Assembly: GCA_002633005.1 (NCBI GenBank)
Contig: NMRA01000300.1
Location: 296,823-360,822, forward strand
From: Phoronis australis
Lineage: Eukaryota; Animalia; Phoronida
Length of the DNA: 64,000 nt
Reading direction: 5' to 3'
Every line of letters starts with the position of its first letter. Within the stretch, counting starts at the first letter, position 1. The position numbers and the translations under genes are program-made. Below the pieces are notes generated by a model. It worked only from the letters and a program-made list of their open reading frames with translations. It was not told the origin of the DNA and made no database searches. Positions 26,201 through 38,690 of this stretch are shown here, piece after piece.

Positions 26201-29200
26201 AATCTTACAATTAACAATGATGTGTATCATACTTTCAATCTATTGCCAAATAATATCTTTAAATATTTGTGTTTCTCAATTCTCAAACACAAACCTTCTT
26301 TGTTTTGTCTAAGACTCTCAGTGTCGGACAAGCTCATAAGTATTGCAGTTTGTTTACGACTGATAGTTCTGCCAATCCCATTCGTGTTACTAATTCCAAT
26401 AATCGTTTCTTTTGGATGAGATCGTTATATACTTGTATCCCATAATTCTTCATTGTATCCCACAATCCTTCATTGGTTTTTATACATTCTTGATCACATT
26501 GTCATTACTCGCATGCTGTGTGTTCAGTAGCTGTGATTGCGCTTAGTTATAAGCCAATTAAAGGAGTCGGTATCTTTTGCTCTGTAATGAAAACTGTTAA
26601 CTGATTTGTCAAAGCTCTCAGAAAACTTTAAAGCTGGTATTTTAAGTACTAACTACAGCACTGACATAACCCTTTGTGAGGCTAGTTTAGCACGAGATTA
26701 TAACCATTTTAACTTAGTAACAGTGAGAAATACCATAGCGTCTTCATCAACTTTGCCCGTTTGAAAACCAGAATTGGTAAGTAACTTCTGTGCTTTCCTA
26801 ACACTAAAGAGTTGTACGTCAAATGTTTCCTAGTGCCTTCACACATTAGAACAGGCACTGTGAGCTGAGTTTCGGTGATAAGTTCACCCACTGTAAGTGG
26901 ACAAGTTCACCCACTGTAAGTGGACAAGTTCACCCACTGTAAGTGGACAAGTTCACCCACTGTAAGTGGACAAGTTCACCTACTGTAAGTGGACAAGTTC
27001 ACCTACTGTAAGTGGACAAGTTCACCCACTGTAAGTGGACAAGTTCACCCACTATAAGTGGACAAGTTCACCCACAGTAAGAGGACAAGTTCACCCACTG
27101 TAAGTGGACAAGTTCACCCACTGTAAGAGGACAAGTTCACCCACTGTAAGTGGACAAGTTCACCCACTGTAAGTGGACAAGTTCACCCACTGTAAGTGGA
27201 CAAGTTCACNCAGAGATACATGGTGACAAGCTGATGTATGGTGTAATGGTACTTCATACATACAGAGATACATGGTGACAAGCAGATGTATGGTGTAATG
27301 GTACTCCATACATACAGAGATACATGGTGACAAGGGGATGTATGACGTAATGGTACTCCATACATACAGAGATACATGGTGACAAGCAGATGTATGATGT
27401 AATGGTACTTCATACATACAGAGATACATGGTGACAAGCAGATGTATGATGTAATGGTACTTCATACATACAGAGATACATGGTGACAAGCTGATGTATG
27501 GTGTAAAGGTACTTCATACATACAGAGATACATGGTGACAAGCTGATGTATGGTGTAATGGTACTTCATACATACAGAGATACATGGTGACAAGCAGATG
27601 TATGGTGTAATGGTACTCCATACATACAGAGATACATGGTGACAAGGGGATGTATGACGTAATGGTACTCCATACATACAGAGATACATGGTGACAAGCA
27701 GATGTATGATGTAATGGTACTTCATACATACAGAGATACATGGTGACAAGCAGATGTATGATGTAATGGTACTTCATACATACAGAGATACATGGTGACA
27801 AGCTGATGTATGGTGTAAAGGTACTTCATACATACAGAGATACATGGTGACAAGCTGATGTATGGTGTAATGGTACTTCATACATACAGAGATACATGGT
27901 GACAAGCAGATGTATGGTGTAATGGTACTCCATACATACAGAGATACATGGTGACAAGGGGATGTATGACGTAATGGTACTCCATACATACAGAGATACA
28001 TGGTGACAAGCAGATGTATGATGTAATGGTACTTCATACATACAGAGATACATGGTGACAAGCAGATGTATGATGTAATGGTACTTCATACATACAGAGA
28101 TACATGGTGACAAGCTGATGTATGGTGTAAAGGTACTTCATACATACAGAGATACATGGTGACAAGCTGATGTATGGTGTAATGGTACTTCATACACACA
28201 GAGATACATGGTGACAAGCTGATGTATGGTGTAATGGTACTCCATACATACAGAGATACATGGTGACAAGGGGATGTATGATGTAATGGTACTCCATACA
28301 TACAGAGACACCTGGTGACAAGCTGATGTAATGAGCTTGATCTCAAACTCTCAGTTCTGCCAAGGCCTAGGAGTCCAACAAAGATGCACAGTGCACCCAC
28401 GCCTGGACAACATGTTGCCATGAAGGACCTTATCAAGTCATGTAACTGGACCTAGTGCAGTAATTTGCCCACATCCATCATGGAATTGACAGGTGCTGGT
28501 TTATTCTAACCATGCACTTGAAGTCAGGGTGCATGAAAGTCTTCAGGGTCAACCAAATTTGACATTTAAAGTGACATCAGAGAGAGAAGTTAACTTTTTG
28601 AAAACAGTCGCTGCATGGATTTGAATTTGGAAACTTTCAGCCACAGTCACTTGCTCTGATGGCTGCATTACATCTATGTCAATAAATGGCAGAATACTTT
28701 TTTTCGCTTATTTTACTGAAGTCACCGGCTCTGATGTCAGTCAATGTTTGGCTAGAAATGACGATAATTGACTGTTACAAAAATCACAACAGACAACAAA
28801 TTTATAGTTTTATAGCCTGGTAAAAAAGTCTATCCCATCCAACAATCACAGATATGGTTTCCTGCAGTAAAAATGACAATGCCCGTTTAATCAACGAACA
28901 AACAATCATAAAACTAGATTAACCTGTCTGGGTGTGTACTTAAGTTTCATCAAAACTGTCGCAAAGTTTGACAATAATTAACGGATGTCCAAGAAAGATC
29001 ATTCCTAAAACGAAAATGGATAAAAGGAGGTGATAATTAAATCCGTCCGCAGTGTGCGTGCACACAAGTCCTTCTTTATGTAAAGTGCCATCAAAATCTG
29101 ACCAGCTGTGAACAGAATAACCGAAGGATAACAAACACTTTATCAAAAACTAAAAATGACTAATAGGGGGCTCCACAGAAGCTAAGTCCTTCCAAAAACT

Positions 29201-32200
29201 GACTGATGCTGGCACACCCTAGACACGAAACCAGCGTGTCAATCTTCACCATAGAATCAGTCAGGCCGTTATCAGTGATGGACAAAGAAAAATCTAGTTC
29301 AAAACCGAAATGAGCAACAGAGGGTACACGAGTTGTAGGAGTTCATCCAAAAAGCAACAGGTGCATCCCACCCACAAGTTTTGGCATTTTTTCAAGTTGT
29401 TTAGCCAAAAATTACGAAATCTCTTACCAAAAACTAATATGGCTAACAGGGGGGGGGGGTGTGCCTCAGTGGTCTAACCTTTCAGGAAATTGATTGGTGC
29501 TGGTGCATCCCCACCACATACCTCTGTAAAGTTTGGGGAAAATTTGTCCACCACTTTAGCCGATGACGTAACAGGAATTTTCCGTCAAAACCTGCACTGC
29601 CAACCGGTGGTTGTAGACCATAGTCAAGTCCGTCCAAAAGATATGACGCCAGAGTATCCCGCCTTTAAGTCACATTTCATCGTGATCAGTGACGCAGTTC
29701 CAGAGAGAGTCAAGGAAGTAATGGACAGGACTAACTGATGGCTGACAGACTATATGCGTTCACACAATTGTCATTGTCTCATGAATATAAGAACTACATA
29801 TGCTGCATACCACGACATCCACAAAACATGAGAGAATTGAACATGTGTGTGTGTACTACTAGTTGTTGTCATTTCAGTGCTGATTTGTAAATTTTATACC
29901 TTCCAAAAAGCATTCAAAGTGATTCTGCACACTGAAAATGGAATTTTTTTAAAAAACCTCTAGAATCAGTTTTGATTTCCTTCATTAATAGTTGATATTG
30001 AGTCTAGATACCACACAACCTAACACTAACTAGCATGAGACCTAAACTGACCATTTGTACTGCAACAAAACAAAGCCACTCACTGCCATCAAATACCATA
30101 CAACACACATATTCACTACATCAGTTAACTACCACATTAGTACCAAAGTGTCTATAGGCCATAATGCTAGTGCTTCTATTTTCTCCTATAGCTGACAATC
30201 TTACAACTGTTACAAAACAACTCATAACCTTAATGCCCGACAAAATATGACCCAGAAAGAGAATCACATGAGTAAAGTTCTTCAAATAGCTTTGTGTTAA
30301 GAAATTAGGAAATAATACCCTAGTTATGGAATGACAATCTCTATCTTCATAAGGAGCCTATAATACCATTATGTCTGAACTGTCAGGACCACGCCCAGCA
30401 TAGCACTCCACATATACCAACTTATTTTAAGCCAATAATTTACACACCAGCCAGATAAGTTGTATATGAATAACACTTCAACCTCCAGTAAATCAATTTC
30501 ATTCATCAACACCAGTGTATAGACATCAGGCTCAATATTTGAAAATGGAATGATAAATGCCAGTCCTATAGATAGACAACATAATAATCCATTGATAGTC
30601 ACATGACATTTCATCACTTACATGTGACTACAAACACAGCCACCACCAACAGGCAGGGTAGTATGGGGGCGTGGCAGTTAGTCAACAACTGACCTCTGCA
30701 ACTACATTCAGTTCTGTTGGTCTATTACCATCTAATGTGCAATTATTGTCAAGTAACATAATTCTGAAAAATGCCACTGTTCTTTCATCCTTGCCCAAAG
30801 TCACTAACGAAGCCTAAATTCAAGCAACTTCCCACATCAAGCAGTTGATACCCTAGTGGGAAGCTGTGACAACGACAAATAAACATATGAGTTTAAAAAC
30901 ATTCTCATAGTTCATAAGGTAATTGTTAACCTTCAAGAAACACGGTCACACTTAAAAATAACTTAAAAGTATATTTTCAACCAATAAAAATATATTTCCT
31001 AAATCTTTGACAACCTGTGACTCGTATTCATGCCATAAAATGTCACACAATCATTTATAATAGTGAGGTAGTGCTTTTTTGTTTTTGATTTGAACAAGGA
31101 TTCCTTAGAACCCTACACTGAGGGAGCATATGTGTTTAAAATATATTCTTAAATTCAGTACGCGAACCATGGTACCAGTCTCAGATTATTGATTTAATTA
31201 ATACCCTCCAGCAACGGGGATATCAGCCATTACATACCCTCCTTAAAAAAATGTCCCCTCTTCATTCTTGGCAGTCGATATCTCCATTGTTCAAAGAAAA
31301 ATAAAAAATCGAGATACCAGCAGTTTTGGCGACCTCAGATTTTGTTTAGCCGCCTCTTAAGTCGCATTTGGCGACTTGCTGAAAGGCGACTTGCTGCCAA
31401 GCTAAGCACTGGGCACTGCATAAACTATAAAATGAGTACAAGCGCATATACCGGTAATTCCACGTGAATCGTGAAGACAGTCGATAAAGACATGACTTGT
31501 AAAACAAATCAATTCAAGTTGCACCTGACAACTCACAGTTTGGCACATAAATAAATAATGAGTTGGAATTGTTTTTGAATAGCAATGAAAAGTTATACGT
31601 GAATACTGAAATTTTGTGAAAGAATTCAACACAGGTTGGCTAGTACAAGTAGGTGAAAGGGGAAAGTAATAGCTTTTGATAGTGTCTAAAAATCCCTTCA
31701 ATATCTTGGAGAGACACTGCACCATGTTAATTACCCTTACACCATGTTAATTACCCTTACAAGCTCTCCATAGAACTAACGTGAGTCTGGTAAAGGGCCC
31801 AACATAGGTCCAACATTTTGGTTTATGCCTTCACTCATCTTACAGCAAACAAGAATGGGTGAAAGTAATCCTAATGCTGGGCCAATGACATCACTTCCTG
31901 TTGTATCAAATGAACATTCTGTGGATGGGTACCAGCTAAATAGTTCCTTTTCACCACTATTTTCGATTATTTTTTGTTGTTTGGAAATTAAGATGGTATG
32001 AGTCAAGATGCCTTCTATCCTTGCAACAGCTACCACACCTTGCGCTATTGACAACGAATGTCCAAATGTTATTTGTAGGTCAGTGACCCATACATGCAGC
32101 ACATGTTCATGTGTGTCATCGTTCTTCTTGCCAAGTGTGATAGTTCGTTGATCGTAGAAGGAGTCGAGAAAAAGTGGAGCAATATTCAACAGGTTTCAAA

Positions 32201-32991
32201 ATCACCCACAAGTCAGGCTACCAAAAATATTTTAAAAATTATAGTTAACAACAAGATATCTTGTTTTCTCATTGCAGTGGCGCAGTAAGCATGACCATCT
32301 GACATAACGACTGAATAGTAAGGATCGGATGCCTTTTTTTAAGATTTTGCAGTACTTCATTGAAATTGGAGTACACAATAATTAAACAAAAAATAAATGT
32401 TAAAATAAGTTAAAATAAGCTCTCTTCCTGTGAATTACAAGTGACACACAGGCCTGCATGGTTAGAGAGCAAGTGTACTTGATACATCGAATTCCAACTC
32501 CAAGCCAGGGTCTTTTGAGTATTTCTGTGGAAATGACTGGCAGGTAGGCAAACCAAATACACGTGCGGCACAGTACACACAGCCCCCTGTGGTGCGCCGC
32601 CCATGACATAAAGCACCATAAGCTGTCATTTACATTACAAAAGTGTAAAAGCAAGTTTGCCGATAGCCTTTCGTTAACCACGACAGACTTTCAAGTGAAA
32701 CTAAATTTTGCAATGACTAATCTTAATCCGTGTAGCGGAGCAGCAAACTAACACCGAAAACAAACAGTGGCAAATTTACAAATATTCAACATTAGGCACA
32801 TTCATTGACACGTCGCCAGCAAATCTTTGACTTTCGCTGGTTGCCAGTGGTCAAGCCGAGAAGAGGTGAGTTATTTGTTAACGATACACTGTTCTTTGAT
32901 AAATTTCAAATTCCAAGCAAATACTCACGAAGAAAATTAAGTTAAATGCGAAGAGCAAGTATTTTATGCATTTCATTCCACCTTCAACCAT
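11156..32991 (-). CDS. CD63: CD63-like tetraspanin, 239 aa; join(complement) 32929-32991, 16672-16863, 14498-14674, 13203-13340, 11611-11694, 11156-11221
   Basis: N-terminus MVEGGMKCIKYLLF (CD63-like), GFLGCCGAIKEN, EC2 CCG and PDSCC motifs, four hydrophobic segments, C-terminus KSGYEVA*. All introns are GT-AG and phase 0. Confidence 0.92.
11611..11694 (-). CDS. CD63: CD63 coding exon 5 (GCVEAVENWLLDNIWKIGGVGIAFAVIQ)
   Basis: GC motif closing EC2 and start of TM4; cag acceptor, gtatgt donor. Confidence 0.9.
12357..12655. repeat. ~27-bp tandem repeat (tgtagacccaagacactcaacaagtac)
   Basis: About 11 tandem units. Confidence 0.9.
13203..13340 (-). CDS. CD63: CD63 coding exon 4 (RKCCGVNTTLDW...YPDSCCK...WSD)
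   Basis: CCG and PxSCC motifs of EC2; ttcag acceptor, gtaagt donor. Confidence 0.92.
13959..14474. mobile_element. Non-autonomous DNA transposon, 13-bp TIR CAGGGCTTGGAAT, 6-bp TSD AATCAA
   Basis: Perfect TIR at 13959-13971 and 14462-14474; AATCAA on both flanks; CpG-rich interior with repeated ccgcggaaa subterminal motifs. Confidence 0.8.
14498..14674 (-). CDS. CD63: CD63 coding exon 3 (FAVLMFIIFILEVAAAIAAF...WDEIQKD)
   Basis: TM3 with conserved Glu and start of EC2; ttcag acceptor, gtgagc donor. Confidence 0.93.
15530..15642. repeat. 15-bp tandem repeat (cagacacgtcgcccc)
   Basis: About 7 units; explains the RHVAP/QTRRP ORFs. Confidence 0.85.
15935..16315. repeat. ~40-bp tandem repeat (atggagataacctacggtccatagtggtattatggggaag)
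   Basis: About 9 tandem units. Confidence 0.9.
16658..16667. promoter_or_regulatory. Perfect CLEAR/TFEB-type palindrome GTCACGTGAC at the start of CD63 intron 2
   Basis: Exact 10-bp match; function not shown. Confidence 0.3.
16672..16863 (-). CDS. CD63: CD63 coding exon 2 (IVGLALIVLG...GFLGCCGAIKENYCMVMT)
   Basis: Tetraspanin TM2 signature; tag acceptor, gtaagt donor. Confidence 0.93.
23427..23762. mobile_element. Long-TIR MITE with 5-bp TSD ATACT
   Basis: Arms of ~85-105 bp (CAAGGTACCTAAACTACACGGTCAACGGACTCATAAACA...) are near-perfect reverse complements apart from one indel; ATACT at 23422-23426 and 23763-23767. Confidence 0.85.
25195..25695 (+). mobile_element. 5'-truncated, frameshifted RTE-clade LINE (3' end of ORF)
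   Basis: Fragments translate to IRAGWSCFGK, LKRKVFDQCIIPTITYGCQTWTL, LKWRWGGHVAR, EWQPRYGKRSRG.P.ARWRDDI and ARDRTSWK. The element ends in a (GATGA)n tail after the stop. Confidence 0.85.
25694..25765 (+). mobile_element. Degenerate tRNA-derived SINE head
   Basis: A-box-like TGATCTAGTGG and B-box-like GGTTCTAATCC, but no intact cloverleaf. Confidence 0.35.
26879..27209. repeat. 23-bp tandem repeat (acaagttcacccactgtaagtgg) x~14
   Basis: Near-perfect array ending at the N at 27210. Confidence 0.95.
27211..28330. repeat. 52-bp satellite x~21 with 312-bp higher-order periodicity
   Basis: cagagatacatggtgacaagctgatgtatggtgtaatggtacttcatacata units; variant pattern recurs every 6 units. Confidence 0.95.
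32929..32991 (-). CDS. CD63: CD63 coding exon 1 (MVEGGMKCIKYLLFAFNLIFF)
   Basis: ATG at 32991-32989, gtgagt donor; 63 bp. Confidence 0.88.
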
Positions 32992-33825
32992 CTTGAGAGT
33001 CTGTTCTTTAACCTGCAACAAGCTCGAGATCTGCCAGGGAAATAACCCAACTTTCAGACCAGTGTAATCAACAAGACCGCGTCACACATGTGACCTGGAT
33101 ATTCTTCCGCAAGTAAGGTGCGACCTGAGTATCTAAGGTGCGACTTGTATTTTCTCAAATAGTTCCAAACTTTCACTTTTTTTTCACAAAATCTACCCTG
33201 ATGCCTGCGACTTTAATCGTAATTCTAAGCAGAAAATTTGACGTTTATAAATCAAATCAGTAAATGTCTTGTGACCTGCAGAACTTGACAAACTGTTTCG
33301 CAATTTGCCCAGTGATATGACTAATTTGCATGTGACTGAGCTTATCAACGACCTTCGAAGGCCCACTGTCGGTTCCGGTCCGAAGTGAAAAAGTTTGTGG
33401 CGTACTTAGAAGATATTCGTGAAAGGACTCGGTTAAGAAAATAACAAATTCCGCGCTTGAGCATAGACCTGATGAAACTGAGGAAGAAATTCATTTTGTG
33501 GGTCCGTTGAAAATTGCTTCACAGCCAATGACTTTATTCCGCTTTTCATCACAGCAAATCGTAATTGAATGAAATGACATAACACCTGCTCCGCAGAGTT
33601 CTGCTGGATAGGCCCCTTTGTAGTCCACGCAGTGGGTAGCCATCAGGTACAGTATGATGTACCGGGCGCTGGCCGAGCCGGGCTCAGTGGTCAGATCCGC
33701 GCCGCAAAAAAAGTGATGTGGCTTACGACCCGTAGCCATATACACCCGGCTATAGGAACAACTCCGGGGCCCATATGGTTGACTATCTCCACTTTATTAG
33801 CAAACAGCTTCAATATTAGCCTTAA

Positions 33826-34062
33826 TCATGCGCACCCAGCCCGTTAAAATATAGGGGGCGCGAATATATTTTTCGGTATGCGGACCTTAATTTTACTGAA
33901 AAATCAACGAGACTAAAAAGCAGGGCCACTAGGTTCAGGTCTACGAATTGTCTGTGCATCTGCGCAGAATTCCTGTGGACTTGAATTGTGGACTTTGCTC
34001 GGACTTTTTGTTTCATTGAGGCGGACCTTTCTGCCCAATTCGCCAAATTGGGGGGCTCGTTC
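33826..34062. mobile_element. Partial copy of the MITE family found at 37357-37621 (opposite orientation)
   Basis: Shared blocks gcgcacccagcc, tttttcggt.tgcggacctt, gggccactaggttca, ctcggactttttgtttca, aattcgccaaattggggg. Confidence 0.75.
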
Positions 34063-35723
34063 ATACAAAGGCTTGAAAGCGTGCAGGCTGTATTTCCTTT
34101 TGGGACATCAAAACCGACGGGGACCATGAAATATGAATAAAAGAGTAAAAATTAAACAATGTTGGTTTTTTGAATTTTCAAAATTGGTCAAGTGGTTTGA
34201 ACAATAAAAACCAAGTTGAGCTACACATGGTTCAAGACGTTCCCAGCAAGGTTTATAAGCCTATTTGTTCCATCACCAACTCAAAATAGACTTAACTAGT
34301 TGGGCCTGAAGATTGTGAATAATACCCGGTTCTGGTATGGTTTCAGGGCGTGTTCACGAGCTGACTACACGAGACCAATAAGAAGCCGGGCTGGGAATAA
34401 GTGTAAAAGTAAAATAACAGCGTCGGTACTAAAAAGTAAGGACTTTTCAAAGGTACGGCCACAGTACTTCTAGGGAGGAACTCATCAAGGACATGGTGAA
34501 TACTAAAGCAAGAGAATATGATCAATCCATTTGTCACAAGTTTTCATAACGGGGTGTGAATAGAACTCTGAATAGCATCATAGGTGAACTCAGTCCGCTG
34601 TTAGACGAGCATTGGCGGATTTACTCGGAAGGGGCCATGGCCCAAGTTCTCCCAGATTCCATATGGCATGAGTTCGGGGGTGCGAATGTCTGACGGGCAA
34701 AATCCTGGCTAATACTCTGCCGTGCCCCCGGCCAAATCAAAATCCTGGTTCCTCCCCAGGTCCATACTACGTACTGAGACTGTCTGACACAAAGTCCCGT
34801 TGTTTCGGTTTTACTTTTTCACCGTCGTCCCGGTGCAAATTCACGCGGCACGCATGCGCTTGCCTGCCTCCGTACCGGCACCCATGTAAATTCAACAGGT
34901 TTGGGGTTCTCCATGACTGACAGAGAACAGCACCCAATGTGCTTATGAAGCTTGCCGTCGATTTAAATTCTGTCAAACAACCTTCGTCATTGGTAAAAAG
35001 TGTCGTTAAGGGAATGGCACTATAACTGTGTGCCAACCCGGCGTGTTTGTGCCAAAATGACATCGTATGGACGTCGCAAGGTATTGTTCACTAATTTGCG
35101 CCGAGATCCATGCGACGACCGTAAGTGCGTCGCATAGTTATCGCCTATGGGACGCTTTCATTGTTTTCCTTTGCTGCGTCGCATGGATATCGTGCCTTAG
35201 TCAGTGAACAATGGATACGCCTATCTGTCAATATCAATGTGACGAGCTTGCCACCTAGTTTCCCGTGGGTAGCTGTCGAAAAAAAGAAATTTCGATTTAC
35301 AAGCCCTCTAATTAACTTTATAATTATCTCCCTCGGTAGAAGTGATCCCTTGGTTCAGTAAGAACCATTGACAGTTTGTTACTTGTATAGGTCAAGGTCA
35401 TAAAATTTCATGCTACGACGTGACTTACTATAGCTTTTAATACAAATTAAAATTTGTCTATCTGATTAGCTTCCTGGCAAAGAGGGCCCTCCATATAATC
35501 TGGCTAATTTGAGTTCTACAAGAATGTCCAATGCAATCAAAAACAAGTCACATAACTGTCATGTGTGCATAATTACTGTAGGTCCAAGGGCTAAGAGTCC
35601 GAAAAAAGTTCTTTCATCTCATGAAGCGCACAGCTTACAAGAAAATAAAAAGTTTTCCATGCGCCTATGCTTCTTTGAAAGGAACACTTGTTTCTTGTGG
35701 AATTCTTAAGGTATTATAAACTT

Positions 35724-35792
35724 GCGTTCTGTCCGAAGGGCGCGTTCCGTCCGAAGAGCACGTTCCGTCCGAAGAGCTCATTCTGTCCGAAA
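35724..35792. repeat. 18-bp tandem repeat (gcgttccgtccgaagagc-like) x4
   Basis: Direct tandem units. Confidence 0.75.
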
Positions 35793-36279
35793 GAGAAAGT
35801 TTTCGAACTCAAGCTGCTAGGTAGTACACTGAAACAAGGGGCGTGCCGTGCGCTTACGCTTCACTGAAACACACATTTACTTGTATATGTGTGCAATACT
35901 AAAGCGACTGTAAATATGCGCGCCGCCCAAAATGCAAACTTTTGATTTAAAATCACCGGTGTTATAAAAATTTATCTCAACCTGTTCCTTTGATAAAAAT
36001 GGACTTCTGGGTTTTGGAAAGAACTGTCGACTGAGTCAGCTCGTCGTTCCCTAAACAGTACTCCGGCGGCGCACGACATCAGGTGACAAGCTAACTAGTA
36101 AAACTTAGTAAAATAATAAAAACTGCCATCGAAAAGCTCTAATATCACCCCAAAAGGACACCATGGTCTAAACTGAATGAATCTTTTTGAGTTGGAAGGC
36201 GGAATCAGTCGTTTGTAACATGTACGCGTTTGTCATTTTTGATTTTTCATCCGTGAAAGATGAGTCAGGATTTTTTAAA

Positions 36280-38690
36280 CATTTTTATATTGCTCCAGCA
36301 TGATAATAACATGTCACATAAAACAATACAGTATACATCATTTACAAATAATAACATTAAATTATTAATCAAAAAGTACCGTATTTTCTTCAGAATGTAA
36401 CTTAATAAAGTTTACGAACATTTGGAAATTGAGATTTTTTAACAAACTTTTGACTACATGTAGATTTTTTGCTAGTATGATCAAGAGATTAATGTTACAA
36501 TTTTCCGACTGAGTGCTTCCCAAAAACACAAAAAACTACAGTTATTTTGAAAAGTTGCATGGCATGTTTGTTTTAACCACTTACCAAACAGGAGACAGAA
36601 ACCGGAGACAAGACGACATTCATAAAACAGATGGAGAAAAGTTTCACTGTGTTCACCACAGAAAGAACATAAATCATTTGTTTTGATTTAAATTTTATGC
36701 AAATAATTATTGGTTCGCAATATTCTGTGAATCAAGCGGTATTGAAACCAACGCAATTTTGTATCTTTTGTACAATTGAAGGGGAGTTTATTTACTTTTC
36801 TCCACCATGTATCAGTGTCACTTAAATTTACTTTATTTATATCAACGTTTATATCTATCTCAGATGACCACTTGTTTTTATATTTACAAACTGTCTGAAG
36901 TGACTGTACTAAGATATTTACCGCTTGTGATTTATTATGCAAAATTTTATAACTATAATTTGGAAAACTTGGTAAAAAGATATTGTTTTGTCTATTCTTA
37001 AGACCCCTGTACGCTGCAAAGGATGCACTTATTAATCCATAGAATTCTAGTATTCGAGGTTGTAAGTTATAACAGAATTCTTCGTGTGACGTAAAACAAC
37101 TTTCAGCATTAAACAAATCCCACACACGATAGACTCCCCTTTCAAACCACGCCTTGTAGAAAATAGATTTTCTACCGACTCTAATCGGGGAGAGTAAATA
37201 TTTTCATTTTTGTCACACTTTTGATACAGGAGCACAACATCACTTAAAACTTCCTTCCAGAACAGATTGTCAGTTCCTTCAGCTATTTTTTAAGGAAAGC
37301 GTCCCCATTTAAAAAAGTTATCTAATTTACAACCCAAAACTGCCTCTGCAAGGTCACATGGGCGCACCGAGGAGGGGGGGGGGGGGGNACCGAATGAGCC
37401 CCTCCCCCAATTTGGCGAATTAGGCAAAAGGTCCGCTTCAGTGAAACAAAAAGTCCGAGTAAACGAGACAAAAGTCCACAAAATTCCACGGTGGGAATGC
37501 ACAATTCGCAGGCTTGAACCTAGTGGCCCCGTTTTTTTTAGTCCTCGTTGATTTCTTTCACTAAAAGGTCCGCACACCGAAAAATTCGAACCCCCTATGC
37601 TTTAGGCTGGGTGCGCGTATGGGTCACGTATGATATTTGAGTTGAATAGTTTACGAAGCCACGGTATTTTCAAAGACTTAATAAAAAACAAACATGAACC
37701 ATTTTCAAACCACCATTATCCTGATTTTGTACAATTTCATTTCGGCTAACTCTGTCATCCTTCCCATTCCAAATGAAGCCAAAACAGCTTGCTCTAATTC
37801 TTGAATCATGTCAATGGAGGGGCTAGGGAGGGATTGAAGCAAATGAACAATCTTGGGCAATAAAGTGTCTTAACCACGGTTATTTTACCTAAAACAGTAA
37901 TAATTCTTCTTGACCAAGAGCCCACCATTTTTTTAATTTCCAAAAGCCTGCCACTATAGTTAATATCTGGCATTGTATTACAATTAGTGGAGAAGTTATT
38001 TCCCCAAAACAGGAAAGGTTTGTTAGTTCATAACAGGTTTTCATTAACGCAGTTTTTCGTCAGAGTCTTTTTGAACCAATCCAAACACCTCTTGTTTTCT
38101 CGACGTATTGCTTCAAACCAGAAAATTTCGCAAATTGGTCAATTAAATTCAAAGATGATCTAAGAGACAATTCAGAACTGTCCAAAATTAAACAAGTACA
38201 AGTATCGTCAGCGTACTGGATCAGTTTAAACTCAGGAACACCTATCCTGACACCAGCGATGCCACCATCCCGTCGAATTAAATTATCCAATATTTCTATA
38301 CACAATACACAAAGGTAAGGAGAAATGGCGTCTCCAGTTGACGACAGCCTCTCCCCATTTCAAAAAACTCAGAGAAGAATCCATGTTTGTTCGGAACACA
38401 AAGACGAGATTTGTTGTAGAGAGGTTTGACGGTGTCAATGAACCTTGGGCCAAAGTTAAAGTATGATAATGCCTTGAGCATGAAAGACCAGGAAACCCGA
38501 TCGTTAAGAGGAGTCCGGGAAAGGGTTTAGAGCCTAAAAATTGAATTACATCATAATAAAATTCTTATGTTTTCCCCAATATTTCTGCCTCTTCATGAAA
38601 CCTTGTTGGTTCTCATGAATAAGAATGCTTTTTAGCCGTCTTGCAATACAACCAGACAAAATTTAGTAAGTAATATTCAAGAGTCATGAT
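36280..38690 (-). mobile_element. Decayed L1/Tx1-clade LINE ORF2 remnant, interrupted by a MITE
   Basis: Frameshifted fragments include GCRQ...LCIEIL, QYADDT (RT active site), TKLRWFQYRLIHRIL, and a C-terminal CCHC knuckle (CSFCGEHSETFLHLFYEC). Confidence 0.87.
37357..37621. mobile_element. MITE nested in the L1/Tx1 remnant, 5-bp TSD GGTCA
   Basis: Termini CATGGGCGCACC...GGTGCGCGTATG; GGTCA at 37352-37356 and 37622-37626; a related copy lies in the opposite orientation at ~33826-34062. Confidence 0.8.

Noticed and set aside
26879-28330. Regular 23-bp and 52-bp repeats, the latter with internal dyads, resembling a CRISPR array
   Set aside because: Units are contiguous with no unique spacers, there are no cas genes, and the context is a eukaryotic intron; these are satellites.
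27160-28436. Series of similar 84-116 aa minus-strand ORFs (MSPCISVCMKYHY...)
   Set aside because: They are translations of the 52-bp satellite.
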